Shown: in pieces, positions 30,772 to 32,000 of the stretch
Position numbering within the stretch: the first letter of the stretch is position 1
Layout: each line of letters opens with the position of its first letter
NCBI RefSeq assembly: GCF_000023965.1
Contig: NC_013202.1
Location: 2,760,001 to 2,792,000 of the forward strand
DNA: 32,000 nucleotides
From: Halomicrobium mukohataei DSM 12286
Lineage (GTDB): Archaea; Halobacteriota; Halobacteria; Halobacteriales; Haloarculaceae
Direction: 5' to 3'
Made by a program: the position numbers and the translations under genes
Notes under the pieces: model-generated
Told to the model about the DNA's origin: nothing
The model's database searches: none
Seen by the model: the letters and a program-made list of their open reading frames with translations, nothing else

Positions 30772-31937
30772 TCGAGCAACTGGTCCGCGATCGTGTTGCG
30801 CAGCACCTCGCTGGTGCCCTCGTAGATCTCGTTGAGCTTCGCGTCGCGGTAGAACCGCTCGACGGGGAAGTCCTTGGTGTAGCCGTAGCCGCCGTGGATC
30901 TGGATGCCCTCGTTGGCGACCTCGCGCGAGACCTCCGACGCGTACAGCTTCGCCTGTGCGGCCTCCTTGACGAAGTTCTCGCCGCGGATCTTCTTGTCCG
31001 CGGCCTTGTGCATCAGCATCCGGGCGGCCTCGGTCTTCGTGTCCATGTCCGCGAGCTTGTGCTGGATCGCCTGGAAGTCGCCGATGGGCTGGTCGAACTG
31101 CTCGCGCTCACCGGCATAGTCGAGCGCCTCGTCCAGTGCCGCCTGGGCGATCCCGACGCCGCGGGCGGCGATCGTGATCCGGCCGCCGTTGAGCGTCTTC
31201 AGCGCGTGGACGAACCCGCGTCCCGCCTCGCCCAGGCGGCGGTCTGCGGGCAGGTGCATGTCGTCGAACCGCAGTTCCGCCGTCGGACAGCCCTTGTCGC
31301 CGAGCTTGTGTTCGGTGCCCTCGACGTGGAACCCGTCGTCTTCTTCGGGCCGGACGACGAACGACGAGATTCCCTTGTTGCCCGCTTCCGGGTCGGTCTT
31401 GGCGAAGAGGACGACCGTATCTGCGACGGAACCGTTCGAGATCCACAGCTTGCCGCCGTCGACGACGTACTCGTCGGGTTCCTCGCCCTCGTGTGGATCG
31501 CCGCCGACCGGCTTCGCCGTCGTCTCCATGGCCGGCACGTCGCTGCCGGCACCGGCCTCCGACAGCGCGAACGCGCCGATCTCCTCGCCTTCCGCGAGCG
31601 GCGTGAGGTACGCCTCTTTCTGGGCCTCGTCGCCGAACTCGTAGATCATGTTGCAGGCCAGCGAGATGTGGGCCGCGACGACGGTTCCCAGCCCGCCACT
31701 GCCCCGAGCGATCTCTTCGAGGGCCATCGCGTAGGCGTGGTAGTCGAGGCCAGCGCCGCCGTACTCCTCGGGAATCGGCATCCCCATCAGACCGAGATCC
31801 GCCATCTGGTCGACGAGATCCTGCGGGAACTCGTCGGTCTCGTCGATCTCGGCGGCCCGCGGGACGACCTCCTCGTCGACGAACTCGGCGACCATCTCCT
31901 GGATCTGGCGCTGCTCCTGGGTGGGGGCGAAGTCCAT
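30768..31937 (-). CDS. acd: Acyl-CoA dehydrogenase
   Basis: Start at ATG 31937 (MDFAPTQEQRQIQEMVAEFVDEEV...). ACAD blocks are GAFALSEAGAGSDV, KLWISNG, ITIAARGVGIAQAALDEALDYAGEREQFDQPIGDFQAIQHKLADM and IHGGYGYTKDFPVERFYRDAKLNEIYEGTSEV. Confidence 0.93.
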   Translation of the reverse strand: MDFAPTQEQRQIQEMVAEFVDEEVVPRAAEIDETDEFPQDLVDQMADLGLMGMPIPEEYGGAGLDYHAYAMALEEIARGSGGLGTVVAAHISLACNMIYEFGDEAQKEAYLTPLAEGEEIGAFALSEAGAGSDVPAMETTAKPVGGDPHEGEEPDEYVVDGGKLWISNGSVADTVVLFAKTDPEAGNKGISSFVVRPEEDDGFHVEGTEHKLGDKGCPTAELRFDDMHLPADRRLGEAGRGFVHALKTLNGGRITIAARGVGIAQAALDEALDYAGEREQFDQPIGDFQAIQHKLADMDTKTEAARMLMHKAADKKIRGENFVKEAAQAKLYASEVSREVANEGIQIHGGYGYTKDFPVERFYRDAKLNEIYEGTSEVLRNTIADQLLD

Positions 31938-32000
31938 ACACCGATGTTGCGAGCCTCGGTGCTTCATACTACCGGCTGTAAATCTGTGAACGATTTCGCG

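Overview
High-GC (roughly 65-68%) DNA encoding acidic proteins, typical of a haloarchaeon (class Halobacteria). It is gene-dense, with gaps mostly under 150 nt, and looks like conserved core chromosome rather than an accessory island. I see no rRNA, tRNA, CRISPR array, transposase or integrase. I call about 38 protein genes. They include the archaeal L44e-S27e-aIF2alpha-Nop10-PAC2 cluster, RNase HI, a threonine-synthase-like gene, methylmalonyl-CoA epimerase and mutase, GlyA, and family-B DNA polymerase interrupted by a 411-aa LAGLIDADG intein. They also include Rad50-Mre11 in an operon with two small upstream genes, the proteasome ATPase PAN, an HTTM-PadR pair and an acyl-CoA dehydrogenase. 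Many long ORFs in the six-frame track are GC-rich antisense shadows. Six things deserve a second look: (1) a 62-bp x 4 tandem array that re-copies the 3' end of a GNAT gene and forms hairpins at each junction; (2) the PolB intein, which has lower GC and a non-canonical ...GQ C-terminus; (3) a ThrC homologue lacking the PLP-binding lysine; (4) a stand-alone CARF/Csa3-like wHTH regulator next to a divergent beta-CASP nuclease, with no CRISPR nearby; (5) a wHTH gene and an acidic 117-aa gene translationally coupled to mre11-rad50; (6) candidate operator repeats in two divergent promoter regions. I found no clear-cut novel multi-gene system. The functional ideas are hypotheses that need database or experimental checks.
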